The notes under the pieces: generated by a model | The model's database searches: none | Seen by the model: the letters and a program-made list of their open reading frames with translations, nothing else | What the model was told of the DNA's origin: nothing | Translations under genes and position numbers: made by a program | IMG/VR virus record: IMGVR_UViG_3300046163_000011 | Location: 1 to 57,797 of that record | Source of the DNA: a virus | Taxonomy: Duplodnaviria > Caudoviricetes | Length of the DNA stretch: 57,797 nucleotides | Reading direction: 5' to 3' (one strand) | Shown here: positions 56,169-57,797 of the stretch, piece after piece | Numbering within the stretch: the first letter of the stretch is position 1 | How the letters are laid out: each line of letters opens with the position of its first letter

Positions 56169-57197
56169 TTAGCGTTTCGGCATCAACTCGCGGCAGTTGT
56201 CCAACATAAACTGGCGAAACTTTGCATTAGTCACCAGCTTATTGTCGCGTGTGAATGCGTCCTTGATTGTGAATACCGCGAACTCCTGATGTGGTAATCG
56301 TGCAAGGTAAGCCATGCAAGGCTCAACATTGGATGGGTTGATGCGGTCAGCGATAGCCGCGCAGACTGCATACAGGACAGACGGCTCGTCAGGGATAGGC
56401 GCACCCGATGGGTTGCCGATGATTTCCTTGTCGATGTCGGGGCAAGTGTCGAACACTTTTTTGTAGCCGTAATATTCGGCGGCGTTGCCCTCACCAACCT
56501 GACCAGCGACAGCTTCCATCTCAACGACTGTATCCAGACCCCACTTGCAGATTTCATCAACCTTGAACCATGAGCGCGGCGAACCAAACGCCATAGCGTC
56601 CTTGTCGAACTGGTTGAATAACTCAGGGCGGAAACGTGCCAAGCCCTTGAGGACTGGGCTGATGCCCTTCTTGTTTGCGTGAGCCACAAATTCGTCTAGG
56701 TCAAAATCGACATTTACAAATGTCAGGCGGTCACGCAGATGCGAAGGTATCTGGTTAGTGCCTGCCCTGTCTGACATACGGTTGCCAGCACATACGATAG
56801 ACCAGCCATCAGGCAGTGAATGCTCACCAATGCGGCGTTCATTAACCAACTGAGCCATGATGTTCTGGTTGGCAACAGGGGCTTGAGGCCACTCATCGAT
56901 GAAGATAACGCCCTCGCCTTGGCTAGGCATCCACTCAGGGCGAAGCCTGACCATCTGACCAGCCTGTTCGACAAGCCAGCCAGCAATCTCGCCAGCGTCA
57001 TATTGAGCCAGCGACAGGATAACAAGACCAAAGTTTTCATTGTCCTGTCTTTTGCTTTCAACAAACTGATGAACGATAGAGGTCTTGCCCTGCCCAGGGC
57101 TTGACATATAGGACAGAACGACACTTTCCAGCGCATTGCCGCTAGTTTGTGACTGATAAGAAGCCTCGATGAGGGCGAATGCTTGTGATAATTTCAT
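56169..57197 (-). CDS. MoxR-like AAA+ ATPase; start MKLSQAF
   Basis: Walker A SPGQGKT, Walker B IFIDE, AGNR, LRDR, SPRSW. Confidence 0.88.
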   Translation of the reverse strand: MKLSQAFALIEASYQSQTSGNALESVVLSYMSSPGQGKTSIVHQFVESKRQDNENFGLVILSLAQYDAGEIAGWLVEQAGQMVRLRPEWMPSQGEGVIFIDEWPQAPVANQNIMAQLVNERRIGEHSLPDGWSIVCAGNRMSDRAGTNQIPSHLRDRLTFVNVDFDLDEFVAHANKKGISPVLKGLARFRPELFNQFDKDAMAFGSPRSWFKVDEICKWGLDTVVEMEAVAGQVGEGNAAEYYGYKKVFDTCPDIDKEIIGNPSGAPIPDEPSVLYAVCAAIADRINPSNVEPCMAYLARLPHQEFAVFTIKDAFTRDNKLVTNAKFRQFMLDNCRELMPKR

Positions 57198-57202
57198 GAT
57201 AA

Positions 57203-57409
57203 CTACTCCTGATTTTGTGTGTGTTTTTTGCAGTGAAATTTGTGCGATATCTTGGCGGCATCCTCTATGCACTTTACCCAGTCTTTATCGCGTGAATGCT
57301 TGCCATGCACTCGCTTGAAACTTTCCCAAGAGAGCGGCTCCCATAAGCCAGCGACATCATCGCAATGCTCATGCCAAAGTTGCATTCTGGTAGGCTCAAC
57401 TATCATCAT
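57203..57409 (-). CDS. Hypothetical protein (start MMIVEP)
   Basis: SD GGGAG after the palindrome. Confidence 0.5.
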   Translation of the reverse strand: MMIVEPTRMQLWHEHCDDVAGLWEPLSWESFKRVHGKHSRDKDWVKCIEDAAKISHKFHCKKHTQNQE

Positions 57410-57422
57410 TTCAACTCCCAAA

Positions 57423-57440
57423 TTTGTAGTGTGATACAAA
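57423..57440. promoter_or_regulatory. Palindrome TTTGTA-N6-TACAAA
   Basis: TTTGTA GTGTGA TACAAA, identical to the 54947 copy. Confidence 0.75.
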
Positions 57441-57471
57441 ATGGGGGGCAGTGTTGCCCCCCCCTGTTTGG

Positions 57472-57797
57472 TTAGGATGCTTCAGCAAACTGCTCGACCA
57501 TCTCATTGATAGCGGCGGTTGCGTCAGCCTCAGTATCGCCAGCGGCTTGTGCGGCCTCAGATGCGGCCTTTTCCATTTCGGAACGTAACCGCAGAGCATC
57601 AGCCAGCGCACCGACTACTGGCAATTCACCGCCGACACCGACACCGAACAGGGCGTCAATATCTTCCCATTCCATGCCGCCAATCCACTTGTCACCATCG
57701 ACACGGTTGCCCTTGTCATCCTTTTTGGTGGAACGCTTGCCAGCGATTTTCTGGACAATTTTTGCCACCTCGCTGACTGCATCCTTACCATAAATTG
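57472..57797 (-). CDS. Hypothetical protein, likely 5' truncated by window
   Basis: Ala/Glu-rich C-terminus followed by the hairpin GGGGGGC..GCCCCCC. Confidence 0.5.
   Translation of the reverse strand, partial: IYGKDAVSEVAKIVQKIAGKRSTKKDDKGNRVDGDKWIGGMEWEDIDALFGVGVGGELPVVGALADALRLRSEMEKAASEAAQAAGDTEADATAAINEMVEQFAEAS

Noticed and set aside
1-57797. tRNA/rRNA genes and the many short antisense ORFs in the track
   Set aside because: No cloverleaf or rRNA-like segment was noticed by eye (tRNAscan not run). The antisense ORFs overlap well-supported genes and lack RBS or motifs.

Overview
The window is most of a tailed dsDNA phage genome, with a podovirus-like layout: ejection proteins are present and no tape measure or sheath is evident. 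A marine/aquatic proteobacterial host is an inference only. On the + strand (1-45865) the order is: TerS (partial), TerL (broken by homopolymer indels that look like sequencing errors), portal, GroES, scaffold, major capsid, a cluster of small Lys/Arg-rich proteins, neck proteins, a long modular tail-fibre array, tail nozzle, membrane/lysis genes, ejection proteins and a 3138-aa polyvalent protein. From 45858 to 52304 lie recombination/replication genes: AlpA-like, DUF968-like, SSB-like, Sak3/DUF1071-like, PD-(D/E)XK exonuclease, RusA-like and a T7-gp4/Twinkle-like primase-helicase. On the - strand (52485-57797) are putative early genes, including a MoxR ATPase and a vWA/metallopeptidase pair. 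Four signals stand out. (1) An unannotated 57-aa ArfA-like ORF (45692-45865) has its stop codon downstream of an intrinsic terminator, matching the non-stop-mRNA logic of bacterial arfA. (2) Eleven perfect TTGTA-N6-TACAA palindromes are concentrated at gene junctions. (3) The giant protein carries a zincin peptidase and cargo domains separated by a recurring K-Y-S-x-R-like linker. (4) Two inverted copies of an ACTAGT/AT-rich element lie about 49 kb apart. All family assignments come from motif recognition by eye; no database searches were run.
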